DNA from: Mobula hypostoma | Taxonomy: Eukaryota | Assembly: GCF_963921235.1 (NCBI RefSeq) | Contig: NC_086108.1 | Coordinates: forward strand, 57,600,001-57,664,000 | DNA: 64,000 bases | Direction: 5' to 3' | In this document: positions 12,255 to 24,019 of the stretch, piece by piece | Layout: the number at the start of each line of letters is the position of its first letter | How positions within the stretch are numbered: position 1 is the first letter of the stretch | Position numbers and translations under genes: made by a program | Notes under the pieces: generated by a model | The model's database searches: none | What the model saw: the letters and a program-made list of their open reading frames with translations, nothing else | Told to the model about the DNA's origin: nothing

Positions 12255-13346
12255 AATTTAAAAACGCAAACACTAGGAAATCTGCAGATGCTGGAAGTTC
12301 AAGCAACACACATCAAAGTTGCTGGTGAATGCAGCAGGCCAGGCAGCATCTCTAGGAAGAGGTACAGTTGACGTTTCGGGCCGAGAATCTTCATCAGGAC
12401 TAACTGAAAGAAGAGCTAGTAAGAGATTTGAAAGTGGGAGGGGGAGGGATCCCTGCTTTCCACAGGGATTGCTCCCTACGCGACTCCCTTGTCCATTCGT
12501 CCCCCCCATCCCTCCCCACTGATCTCCCTCCTGGCACTTATCCTTGTAAGCGGAATAAGTGCTACACGTGCCCTTACACTTCCTCCCGCACCACCATTCA
12601 GGGCCCCAGAGAGTTCTTCCAGGTGAGGCGACACTTCACCTGTGAGTCGGCTGGGGTGATATACTGCGTCCGGTGCTCCCGATGTGGCCTTCTATATATT
12701 GGCGAGACCCGACGTTGACTGGGAGATCATTTTGCTGAACACCTACACTCTGTCCGCCGGAGAAAGCAGGATCTCCCAGTGGCCACACATTTTAATTCCA
12801 CATCCCATTCCCATTCTGATAAGTCTATCCATGGCCTCCTCTACTGTAAAGATGAAGCCATACTCAGGTTGGAGGAACAACACCTTATATTCCGTCTGGG
12901 TAGCCTCCAACCTCATGGCATGAACATTGACTTCTCAAACTTCCGCTAATGCCCCACCTCCCCCTTGTACCCCATCCGTTATTTATTTATATAAACACAT
13001 TCTTTTTCTTTTTCTCTCTCTCCTTTTTCTTCCTCTGTCCCTCTGACTATACCCCTTGCCCAAACTCTGGGTTTTCCCCCCGTCCCCCTTTTCCTTCTCC
13101 CTGGGCCTCCTGTCCCATGATCCTCTCATATCCCCTTTGCCAATCACCTGTCTAGCTCTTAGCTCCATCCCTCCCCCTCCTGTCTTCTCCTATCATTTTG
13201 GATCTACCCCTCCCCCTCCCACTTTCAAATTTCTTACTAGCTCTTCTTTCAGTTAGTCCTGACGAAGGGTCCCAGCCCGAAACATCGACTTCCTATAGAT
13301 GCTGCCTGGCCTGCTGCGTTCACCAGCAACTTTGATGTGTGTTGCT
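12255..13346 (+). mobile_element. Penelope-like element (GIY-YIG endonuclease and 3' end) with an inverted copy of its 3' end at the left
   Basis: YPCKRNKCYTC...FTCESAGVIYCVRCSRCGLLYIGETRR. 12265-12450 is the reverse complement of ~13205-13346. TSD TGACCATGCTG at 12243-12253 and 13347-13357. Confidence 0.9.
13255..13290 (+). ncRNA. Minimal hammerhead ribozyme motif in a PLE 3' repeat (stem III mismatch)
   Basis: AGTC-CTGACGA-AGGGTCCCAGCCC-GAAAC-ATC-GACT. Confidence 0.7.
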
Positions 13347-14699
13347 TGACCATGCTGAAATACCAGTTTTTCCAGATAAATCAACACATTCTCCATGGTT
13401 TGGCCTTGGTGGATTCAAGTTCCTCATTGAAATGATGGGAGATCCCCTCTTCAATTCCAGTTTATGTGGTGGCAATCCAGAGAGTTCGACCGAATCAAGG
13501 AATTCTGTTGGAAAATGAGTGGCATTAGCTCCTTCACTTACGGCATTGAAGGAACAGTATTCTTTCATGATTCCAGGGAAGTGTCTAATGCATGTGAAGC
13601 TTATTTTTTGCATCATTTCATTGAGAGGAACCAAGATAGAATTCCTCGAGAACTGTTCTGCAGGATTGTCGAATGTCGGGTAGATGAAATTAATACATTC
13701 TTCAATAGTTTTTGCTGGCGGAATCATATCTTCAGGTAATTTGATTTCATTGTTTTCATTTTTCTCAATCTTGTCTTCTCCAACATCCAACAAGAACTCA
13801 GAATATCGTTCTCCCTCACTCGCATGTTTCTCTTCAATTGAGAGTTGATGAAGCTTCTCCATAAGTAGGATTTTTTTTATGCATGAATTCTCCACATCAG
13901 CATCATTTCCTCATTTCACAACTGCTAGAAGCTGATGGAAATCACCACAGCAAATGGTTAAAATACTGCCAAAGGCTTCATTCTTGCCGCATACATGACC
14001 AAGAGTCCGGTCCACGGCTTCAAAGCTCTCCCTCCTAATCCTGGGGCACTCATCCCAGACAATAAGCCTCGCATTTCGGAGTAAATTTACAGTATTGGTG
14101 TTTTTATTGATGTTACAAAGGGCCTCTTCATTGACTTTGAGGGGTATCTTGAATCTTGAATGTGCTGTCCTACCACCAGGCATCAATGTTGCTGCAATAC
14201 TGGATGATGCTACAGCAATAGCAACCCCTCCATCTCCCGACACACAGCCCTTTCATCTCTTTTACCCTTTGTTCTTTCTCTCTGATCCTGGAGTCGTGCT
14301 GCCCTGGCCTGATCCGATTCTGTGCCTATTGTTGCCATTTTGGAGATGTGCATGCCTCTCCTCCTCTGTCTCTTCTTCTGTCATCTTTTTTGTCCTGACT
14401 CTTTGATCCTAGAGTCGTGTGGCCGTGGCCTTATCCGATTCTTGTTCTCTCTCTCTCCTTGCCGCTTCTCAATGATATTTGGCATAATTTCTTGACCACA
14501 ATATCCCCCTTCTCTTTCCACACGGCATAATTAGGCTGACCATATTTTTTTACATTAAAGCTGGATAGAAGATACGAAGCAGTAACACCAAAGCTTCCAG
14601 GATGCTGATTTCTCTTGATGATGTGGTTGGCACTCTCCTAAATGGATGTGATATAGTCACCGCTGTCCTTTCAAAGGGTTTGATAGGTGTTTCGAAGTA

Positions 14700-15216
14700 C
14701 AGTGAAACCCCATTATAACGTGATCGTTTGGGTCCATACAATGTCATCACGAAAAAAGCGGGGCCGCGCTAAATCAGGGTTCAAGAAAATTAGCATTGAA
14801 TCTGACCCAATGTTGACCTAACATCCTGACACACCCCTGTTTTTGCTCTATTTGACCCGTTTTTTGCATGTTTACCTTCTGGCAAGTAAATTACCATTGA
14901 ATTAAAGAATTCTGCGACTAAATCGTTGCTGTTACTGTAGAAATTAAAACACAAATTAATTTTTAGTAAAGCTTTTAAATACACAAAACAACAAATAAAT
15001 ACATTCAAGAATATTAGCAATCATTTACAGTTTATTTCTTTAAAAAGTGATCGAGTGTTCCTTGCTTGAACGTAGCATGTCGTTGGCTGTGAGCGAAATC
15101 TACAATTCTTCTGAGCTGGAGGTTTTTTATGTGGTCCGCCTCCTGGGTCTCCAGCCAGCGGAGGCTAGCCTCGAGGTGTTCAATGGCTTCAGACACTTAA
15201 ACTCGGGGTTTCACTG
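14700..15216. mobile_element. Tc1/mariner-pogo (Tigger-like) MITE
   Basis: TIR CAGTGAAACCCC / GGGGTTTCACTG; TA duplication at 14698-14699 and 15217-15218; no transposase ORF. Confidence 0.85.
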
Positions 15217-17333
15217 TACTTCATTACAATAAGATTTAATTATCTCTTATTGATGGGTGGCCGTTAGATCTGTCCCAGTCCTGCACATGCTGATGGTGAT
15301 TAGCAGAATGTAACCCCTTGAAATAGAGCTGCCCTGCCCTTTTGCTCCAGTAGGTGTTGCTGCTGAGGCTGGCCGTGTGCATGCGTCGGGCTGTCGCGTC
15401 CTGATTTCCATGATGGCCGATTGGCTCTCGGGTGAAAGGCAGCCTGTTGATTTTTGGTGAATGAGCAATTTTATTTGAATATATAACCCTGAACTTTTCC
15501 TGTATTCTGTAATTTAGATGTGAAAATTGAGAGTGTATAAGTATGCAGAGAATAACCAACTTTCACAGATCCCGTCCCTGGAAAACCTGCTATCTCAAGA
15601 CCCAGACCTCATGCCAAATCCTGTAGAGTCTGTGACCTCCAGTGACCTGAAATGTGGATGTACTCATCCCGCCTGGATTGCATTGCCTGCAGTGTTCAAC
15701 AGCATGGTCATTTTCAACTTCCTAACCTTGGGTCATTCCAGACTCCACTACATAAACACCTTGATAATTAACTACTGTTTGAAAGTTGCTAAAACTCTAC
15801 ACACAAGCCTTGAAGACTATTAAGTGGACAGAGATTTTCTGGAATTTCAGCCTTTCCCAAAATGTTACTTGTATTAATGTAGCACCATTCCTTACCATAA
15901 TGTCCCTGGCAAATCCGCACCATGAGTGCCTGAGTGGTACCCTAACAAGAATAATATGCCTCATATAAGTGCTGTATTTCACCAGATAGATTGTTACTCT
16001 GACCTGCTGAAAATGGTCTCTTGCTCATCTTCCATCAATGTTGCATCCATTCTTTGATCAGGTGGTACACCCTTATAGCTGAAAGGGTGCTGTTGTATTG
16101 TGCAAGTTCCATCAGTGCTCTTTGGTAAGTTTGCTTCTCTCAAGTAGTTGTGACACTTGTGATAAATCAGCACAGTGGTGCACACTGAAATTGACAAAAT
16201 GCAGTAGGAACTAATAAATAGCACTATTCTTCTGGAAACCTTGTAACTCAGGATCCTGAGGTTGCTGCATCATAAAAATGTCAGTGCTGGATTACATAAC
16301 GTTTTACTATAATCTTTTAAAGAAAGTAGAGGAGTGATTTCCAGACTCTCACTCCTCTAGAGAAGTATTTTTTGAGAAAATTCCCCAAGTATATTTTCCT
16401 TAATCAGTCATGATATTTTGAGGCTTCGTAAAGTAGCAACATTTCACCCATCCTGACGAAAGAGGATTGAGTGTCAATTAAGCCTGGCGACTAGTTTGCT
16501 GTGAAGGACAGAGGTTGATTTTATGCACATAATTTAAACATATTTTTCCTCTACTTGCTACATGCTTAGAATTATCCTGCATTTATTCGTAGAGGCTGCT
16601 GTAAATTGTGTTCCTCTGGTCTTTAAGTATGTTGTCTGAATGAATGGCTGAGTCATGCTTTTCATCCCAGCTCATTAGCTGGCAACAGTTAGCTTTTAAG
16701 CCTAATTTTTTTCACAGAGCATTTCTAGCATTTTTAATTTCAGAATTGCAATACTCATAGTTTTATAACTTTTGCAAGTTTTGCTCCAATTTACACTTTG
16801 AATTGTTCCTTTCTTTCTTTGCTCACTACTATTTCACATTGTGCTATCATCCTTTTTGTCATTTATTCTTTCCTGAATTCTGTCATGTCTTTACTTTTCT
16901 GCTACTTTTTATGCATCTTTAAACCTAATTAATTCCCAGCTATGGCAAAGGGTCATTGTTCTATACCCTAACTATGTTTCTCTCTCCACACGATCTGTTG
17001 AGTGTTCCTTATTTGATTTGTTAAACTACTTTACATTTCATTTTCATTTAAATTCTAACGGTTTGATTTAAAGAAACAATTCTTTAAAGGATGTTTTTCT
17101 GAGCTGCCACATTAAGACACTTCATTAAATTACTGTTGTGCAGACATTCATCACAAGTTTATTTGCATTACGAAGCCCAAAACTGGTGCCAGTTACATCA
17201 TATTGTTAACCTGGTGCACTAAATAAGTGCGCTCATGGGATCATAACCGATGGCAGATTTCACAGAGGAGTTACAGGTGGATGATAAACTTGGACCTTCT
17301 TGAGGATGGAATACTGTAAATAGGCATTGACAG

Positions 17334-17528
17334 CACACACAAAATGGTGGAGGAGCTTGGCAGGCCAGACAGCATCTATGGAAGAAAGTAAACAGTCAAC
17401 ATCAGGGTCTTGGACCAAAATGTTGACTGTTTACTGTTTTCCATAGATGCTGCCTGGCCCACTGAGTTCCTCCACCGTTTTGTGTGTGTTGCTTGGATTT
17501 CCAGCGACTGCAGATTTTCTCTTGTTTA
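17334..17528. repeat. Fold-back palindrome built from two inverted PLE 3' tails
   Basis: ACACACAAAATGGTGGAGG...CAGTCAACAT (~17334-17402) is the imperfect reverse complement of ATGTTGACTG...TTTTGTGTGTGT (~17420-17489). Confidence 0.8.
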
Positions 17529-17699
17529 TGATTGAGAACTTCCATTGGGGTTAATTTAATGCAACTTCTGAAATATAATGTAACCTGTTGTATATTTGTA
17601 TTTTCTTTTATTGTGGAATTTAGAATGGTGGTTAATATTGTCTCTAATAATATAGAAGTGCATTCTCACTATGAATTCACTTAACTTCTGATATCAATA

Positions 17700-18480
17700 A
17701 ATCGATAAGAGTGTTGAAAACAGGAAAGACAATGGGACCAAATACTGTCATCATTGTCATACTGAAGATTTGTGTTCCAGACAGTTTCCAACCAAATTTT
17801 CAAACCACACTGTTCCAACACAATTACGGTACAAGCATCTAGTCAACAAATTTGGCTAATTACTTTGGAAGGTAATGAAAGGTGTTGATAGTCATCTTAA
17901 GTAGCATATATTAATGGATGCTCAGCCTGGGTTTCACCAGGGCTACTTGACTCAAGACCTGATCATAACCTTTATCCAAAGCTCTGCATTTCACAGGTAA
18001 CGTGAGAAGAATTGCCCTTAACATCATGAAAACATTTGGTTGATGTAGCATCAGGGAGCCCAGTGAAATGTGAAACCGGCGGACAATAACTGGAAAACAC
18101 TACAATAATTAGAACTGGGCCTTGGAAAATGGAATATGAATATGGTTAAGGTTGTGTAGGTCAATTATCTCAACCTCGTGCCATAACAGCAGAAGTTCTT
18201 TATGTCCCATCCATCCTTAGTTGCTTCGGTGATCACCATTAAGTCACAGATGGGAATATTGATGAATTTGTAACTCATTAAATGATGTAACAACCAGTGC
18301 TTGTACGTGATGAGCCCAGGTTACATTTGGACAATGGCTGATAAGTTGAAAGTAACACCAATGGTCTAAAAGTACTCATCAATGACCGTGGCTGACAAGA
18401 GTTACTTCAATATTCATCAGCATTACCATGAGTCCTTACCTATCAACACACCAAGGGACATCAGTGACTTAAAAAATTAT
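17700..18480 (+). mobile_element. Old CR1/L2-group LINE RT remnant
   Basis: Degenerate QPGFHQGYLTQDLIIT (QFGFRxG motif) near 17925, with weak downstream RT similarity. Confidence 0.55.
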
Positions 18481-19209
18481 TTGTCTAACCCCTGTAGGTA
18501 CTGTGGAAATGAATAGGTTAGATACTGGGCATTCTGTGGCAAGTGATTCACGATTTCAGTCAATTTTGGAATTTTCATCCATGAGGATGGTGGAGTTTCA
18601 GTCACTGAGTATATTGAAGATAGAAATTGATGGTTCTTTTGAATATTAAATGAATAGAGGGATATGGAGTTAATGCAGGGAAGAGGCACAGAATCAGCCT
18701 AGATCTTGCTATGAATGGTAGTGCGAGCGCAGGGGACTGAATGCCTACTGACTTTTAAGGGTTTACGTTTGCAACAAGTGTTCTGGCAATACTTCTGTTG
18801 ACATTTCCACTATTAGGAGGAAGAGGAACAGGAGCAATAGAATGGAGTTGGAAGGAGATGAGTAAACAGAGATCTTAATCACTCCCAGCAGAATGGATCT
18901 ATCCAGAACATCAGACATCTTACCTGAAAATTTAAAGAGTTCATTCCAAGGAGGTTGCATTTCCTTAAGGAGGCTTTCACAAAGTTGTTTTCTTTTCTCA
19001 AGTAGAAGCTTTAATGTGCATTATTTACTTACTGTCCAATGTCAAAACACTGTACATAAATAGACAAAGACTGACAAACAACCAATGTGCAAAGGAAGTC
19101 AAACTGTGCAGCTAAAAATAATGCTGAGAACATGAGTTGTGAAGAATACTTGAAAATCAGTCTGTAGGTCATAGGATCCATTCTGAATAGTGTAACAAGA
19201 AATAGTAAA

Positions 19210-20585
19210 TCAAGCATCTGGACTTGCTGTGTTGTCGAGAAGACCTTTTGCCACTCATCCAAGAGGCTTCTTCAGTTCTAATCCATGTTAGGTAGTTTTT
19301 TTTTTAAATTAAGTGCAATCGTGAACAATAGCCAGATCAGAAATGCTGATCGAGTCAACTAGTTCTCAAAGAGAACTCCGATAGGCCAGTCAGATGGTTC
19401 ACTGCTGCTCAGCGATAGAACATAAAAAAAATCATGTGTACAATTAAGAAATATTAAAGAATAGTAGAAATAGTAGAATAGTTTTCCAGCTTATAAACTC
19501 TGAGTTGTTTAAAGGTATAGCAATCATAAAACATTCTGATTTAAGGGGTGATGAGAGTCAAACCATGTATACTGATCAACATGGGTTAGTTTCCTGTGAG
19601 CTTCAAAATCTATACATCCATTTTCTTTGATAAGTACTGGACAGACTAAAAAGGCCAGACTATTGTTCTTGACATCTTCCTGTCTAAATTTGATATTATT
19701 ATCATCAAGGTGATGTATTTTGTGAAGGCTTGCACCTCATGAATTTTGATCTTGACCTAGGTGACATCCACATACCTGAACCAATGACAGGTGAAGTTCC
19801 ATGTAAGGTGTTCAAGGCTGTCTTTTCTATTTCTTCCCTGTATAAATTGGCTACAATGGGAGACTCCAGTGAACCCATGGCACAAATGTGTCTCTTTGTA
19901 TTTGAAATAGGTAGTGTTGAGACAAAGGTTGAGTAGAGTACATACCTGATCCAAGTTGAGTGTGATTCTACTGTCCAGGGTACTATGCTGACGTAGCCAT
20001 TTTCTTACTTTCTTGATAGCTATCCAATGCAATGAGAACTGCACAGATCTGTATATCAGAGAGACAAAACAACCACTTCACACATGGATGGCCCAACATA
20101 GGAAGGCTAACACCTCAGATCAAGACCCAGCTGTATACCTACACCAAAAGGACAAGGGACACTCCTTTGATGATAACAATGTGCTCATTTTGGACAGGGA
20201 GGACAGGTGTTTGAAGCCATCTTTGTCAAACTGGAAAACCTATCCCTGAACAGAGGAGATGGGGTACAGCACCACCTATCAGCTACTTACAATGCAGTCC
20301 AAAGATCTCTACCCTGGTGTCTCTACAATTTACACCTCCATTCGTGCAAAGATAAGACTAATGACCCTCTCATTGCCTCTAAGAACTTTTAATGACCCTC
20401 ACGTGATTGCTATACCATTAAACAACTTACGGAGTTTATAAACCAGATAACTACCCACCATGGATCAGAACTGAAGGAGCCTCTTGGCTGAGTAGCGAAA
20501 TGGCTTCTAGACAACACAGCAAGTTCAGTTGCCTTGTGTTACTACTGCTTGATGTACATTGATCTGGATGACTGAGAACCTTCAT
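19210..20585. mobile_element. Second Penelope-like family: minus-strand RT plus 3' end joined head-to-head to plus-strand GIY-YIG plus 3' end
   Basis: Minus strand: LLNLCLNTTYF, AMGSPVSPIVANLY, WFRYVD, HRKLTHVDQYTWFDSHHP. Plus strand: AIQCNENCTDLYIRETKQPLHTWMAQHR..VYLHQKDKGHSF..ILDREDR. 19210-19296 and 20450-20540 are inverted repeats. Confidence 0.88.
19300..19478 (-). mobile_element. Short poly(A)-tailed retroposed insertion inside the PLE 3' region
   Basis: T-run at the left end; TAGTTTT duplicated at 19293-19299 and 19479-19485; absent from the matching inverted arm. Confidence 0.55.
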
Positions 20586-20637
20586 TGATGTTCTGAGTAG
20601 TTGTGATTGAAGTTATCCATGCAGGATCAGGAGCCTG

Positions 20638-21264
20638 AGAAAGCAGGATCTCCCAGTGGCCACACATTTCAATTCCACATCCCATTCCCATTCTGATATG
20701 TCTGTCCATGGCCTCCTCTACTGTAAAGATGAAGCCACACTCAGGTTGGAGAAACAACACTTTATATTCCATCTGGGTAGCCTCCAACCTGATGGCATGA
20801 ACATTGACTTCTCAAACTTCCGCTAATGCCCCACCTCCCCCTCGTACCCCATCCGTTATTTATTTTTATACACACATTCTTTCTCTCACTCTCCTTTTTC
20901 TCCCTCTGTCCCTCTGACTATACCCCTTGCCCATCCTCTGGGTTTTTCCCCCTCCTCCCCTTTTTCCTTCTCCCTGGGCCTCCTGTCCCATGATCCTCTC
21001 ATATCCCCTTTGCCAATCACCTGTCCAGCTCTTGGCTCCATCCCTCCCCCTCCTGTCTTCTATCATTTCGGATCTCCCCCTCCCTCTCCCCCTCCCACTT
21101 TCAAATCTCTTACTAACTCTTCCTTCAGTTAGTCCTGACGAAGGGTCTCGGCCTGAAACATCGACTGTACCTCTTCCTGGAGATGTTGCCTGGCCTACTG
21201 CGTTACCAGCAACTTTGATTTGTGTTGCTTAAATTTCCAGTATCTGCAGAATTCCTCTTGTTTG
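20638..21264 (+). mobile_element. 5'-truncated Penelope-like element (family 1) with a hammerhead motif at 21131-21166
   Basis: Nearly identical to 12760-13346; 15-bp TSD AGGATCAGGAGCCTG at 20623-20637 and 21265-21279. Confidence 0.9.
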
Positions 21265-21299
21265 AGGATCAGGAGCCTGGTAGTTGTAGGGTAATAGCT

Positions 21300-22080
21300 A
21301 CACTGCACTGAACACTTTTAGCCACTTTTTCAATAATTCATTTTATGTTGCAAATACTTACCAGTATATACACACATTTTATTCAATATTGTGCTTTAAC
21401 CTCCATCATTATTTTATATAATACTTTATTTTTTATAATTGTTGATTTTTTTTGTTGTTCTTTGTCACACTAGTACACCACAGCAAATTCTTAACACATG
21501 TAAATGCATATGGTAAATAAAGCTGATCCTCGAATTGTTCTTAAAAGCAGTGGTGTTGGATTTAAGCCTTTTGTACCTTCTGCCCGATGGTAGTAGCAAG
21601 TAGCGGGGATGGCCTGGATGTTTGGGCTCTTTAGTGGATGTTGCTTCCTTGTGGCAGAACTCCATGTAAATATATTCAATAGTGGGAAGAGCTTCACCTG
21701 TGATGGACTGGGCTGTGTCCACTACTTTCTGTAGCCTTTTCTGTTTCTGGGCATGTGTTTCCATGCCACGTCATGATTTAACAAGTTATTATCTATAGAA
21801 GTTTGCCAGGGTTTTAGGTGATGTGCAAACTTCTATGAATAGAGAAGTGCTGTTGTGCCTCCATTGTGATTACAGTTACATGCTGGTGCTACGACAGATC
21901 CTCTGATATATTGACATGAAGGAATTTAAGGCTACTGACCCTCTCCACCTTCGTTGTCCAAACGGACCTCTGGCTTCCTCCTGAAGTCAATAATCAGCTC
22001 TTTGGTTTGCTGATGTTGAGTGAGAGGTGGGTTGATTTTGTGCACCATCTAACCAGATTTCCAGGCTCCCTCCTATATTT
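21300..22080 (-). mobile_element. Rex1/Babar-type LINE 3' fragment
   Basis: RLQKVVDTAQSITGEALPTIE..HPGH..LLLPSGRRYK..TTAFKN. Confidence 0.8.
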
Positions 22081-22741
22081 GCTTTCTTTTGACTATCAGC
22101 TTTTGTAGTTTATTCCAATTTATTGCATTGCATATCCTTAATGTTTTTAATCTAACATGATAAAGAAATGCTTCAAAACTCATCTCATACTTGTGAGTCA
22201 TCAGTGTTGAACATTTACACAACAATTGATGACAGGCAGAAATAGAAGAGATGGGGGTGTTGACAGACAGCAGGCATTAAGGAACTGTAGCCATCAGATA
22301 TTTTAATAACATTTCTTTTTACAAAAATTATATGCACGTATCGTTGACATATCATCATATTTGACGCTACTTGAAGTCATGATTTTGGATGGCTGTATTT
22401 CCAGAGTTTGGCTGTCATATAATTGCATTAATTTTTTATTTTCCCTTTTTGAACCTTTGAACAGAAGAAAAAATTTCAAATTCTGTATAGATGTTTCTAT
22501 TTCCGTTACAACAAACAACATTTGCAACGATCAAGTGAAGAGGGCAAGTTCCATCTTCCTTCATGCACTTGGCTCAAATATATCTTTTTCAGCCTTGTAC
22601 TTAAATCATATGTTGAATATATGAAGCATTTTAGCTTAAATATGTCCAGCTCAACCACATATCTCCTGGAGTGTGGCTCCAGAACTGCATACGATACTCA
22701 AAGTGCACTCTAACCAGCATAAAGAGTATTGAAGATTGATG

Positions 22742-23170
22742 CTAGGTTAGAGGACAGCTATGTTTACCATTGTCAAGAGGGTAGGAATTATTAAAGTAAG
22801 TAATTAATGGCCAGTTCGCTTTAATCTTGGTTGGCAAATTATTGGAATCTCTTGGTATTAAACTTTGCTTAGAAGGCACAGATTGGTCAGGGACAGAAAT
22901 CATGCATTTTGACAAATAACGAGATTCTTGGAGGAGGTAACAAGGAAGGCTGGTGAGAGAAATGCATTTGAAGTAGTATACATAGATTTTAGCAAGGCAC
23001 TGCCAGGATTTCACATAGTAGGTTTTTCAAAAATTAATAAATATAGGGGATCAACTGGCAAGCGGCAAACTGAATCTAGGATTAAGTATTAGTTGATGAA
23101 TGGTTTTTGTGTTTAGAAGACTTTTATCATTGCAGCTTTTCAGGGATCAGTACTCAGTCCATTGATTTTT
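22742..23170 (+). mobile_element. CR1 LINE RT fragment, degenerate
   Basis: Remnants of NYRPVSLTSVVGK, VVYIDFSKA and FQGSVLSPL motifs. Confidence 0.6.
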
Positions 23171-23179
23171 CAAGATCTA

Positions 23180-23900
23180 AGATTGTTTAATGTCATTTCT
23201 AATACATGATTGTAAAGGAGAATGAAAGAAATTGTTACTCTAGATCAAATGCAGAATACAAAAAAAACACACTGAGATAAAGAATGTAATGTTATTAAAA
23301 CAATTAATATAAATACATAAAATAACTTGTATATTTATTAATATGTGCATAATGTGTCTGTACTCTGACAGGAAAAGATAAAGTAGTGGTGGTAGGGGGT
23401 GTGATCAGGTGGGATAGTGGATGGAGGTGTTGATCAGCCTTGCTGCTTGGGATAAGTAAATGTTTTTGAGTTTGGTGGTCCTGGAATGGATGTTGCCTAC
23501 TCCTCTCTAATGGGAGTAGGACAATCAGTCTGTGAGCAGGGTGGGTAGGATCCTTCAGGATATTTCTGCCCTTTCTTTTTGGCATCTTTCTGTATACATG
23601 TCCTTGGTGACAAGTAGGCAGGTACCAGTGATATGTTAGGCAGTTTTGATTAGCTGTTGTAAAGCCTTCCTGTCTGCCTCAGTACTGTGCATGTTAGGAT
23701 GGTCTCTGCTGGCATCTGTACTAGGTCGTGAGTACTGATGTGCAGCTGTCTTCAGCCTCCTCAGAAAGTAGAGATGTCGATGAGCTTTCTTGATTGTGCA
23801 TTCGTTTTCTGGGACCATGAGAGGTTGTGTGAGATGTACGCTCCCAGGAGTTTGAAAGTGCCTGCAGTTATCACTGTTGTGCTGCCAATGTAAAGAAGAG
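23180..23900 (-). mobile_element. Rex1/Babar-type LINE 3' fragment
   Basis: IKKAHRHLYFLRRLK, DRKALQQLIKTA, ILKDPTHPAHRLIVLLP. Confidence 0.78.
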
Positions 23901-24019
23901 GCTGAATGCTGCAGGTTGCAATGTGTGTTAATAATTTGGACCTAACTTAAGTACTGAATGTAAGACGAGGGAGGTCGTGAGGTTGTGCCAGAACTGTACA
24001 CAACACACAGGCAGCAGTT

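Larger units (their letters stand above)
12136..14243 (-). pseudogene. Helitron PIF1-family helicase remnant, split by the Penelope-like insertion
   Basis: AVASSSIAATLMPGGRTAHSRFKIP, LIVWDECP, CGDFHQLLAVV, FPTEFLDSVELSGLPPHKLELKRG..MRNLNP, then FQHGQLYVAL-SR...TRNVVIKSVLR* rejoined across the insertion. Confidence 0.9.
11950..15518 (-). mobile_element. Helitron, internally deleted (3' end certain, 5' end tentative)
   Basis: Minus-strand 3' end is hairpin GGGTGCCCCAACGGGTCACCC, then CCTTGT-CTAG, then host T. Contains PIF1 helicase motifs and an STPR-like N-terminus (~14250-14528). Candidate 5' end A|TCTAAATTAC at 15518. Confidence 0.85.

Noticed and set aside
13320..14243. Host PIF1 helicase gene
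   Set aside because: Intronless, broken, missing Walker A, and bounded by a Helitron hairpin-CTAG end.
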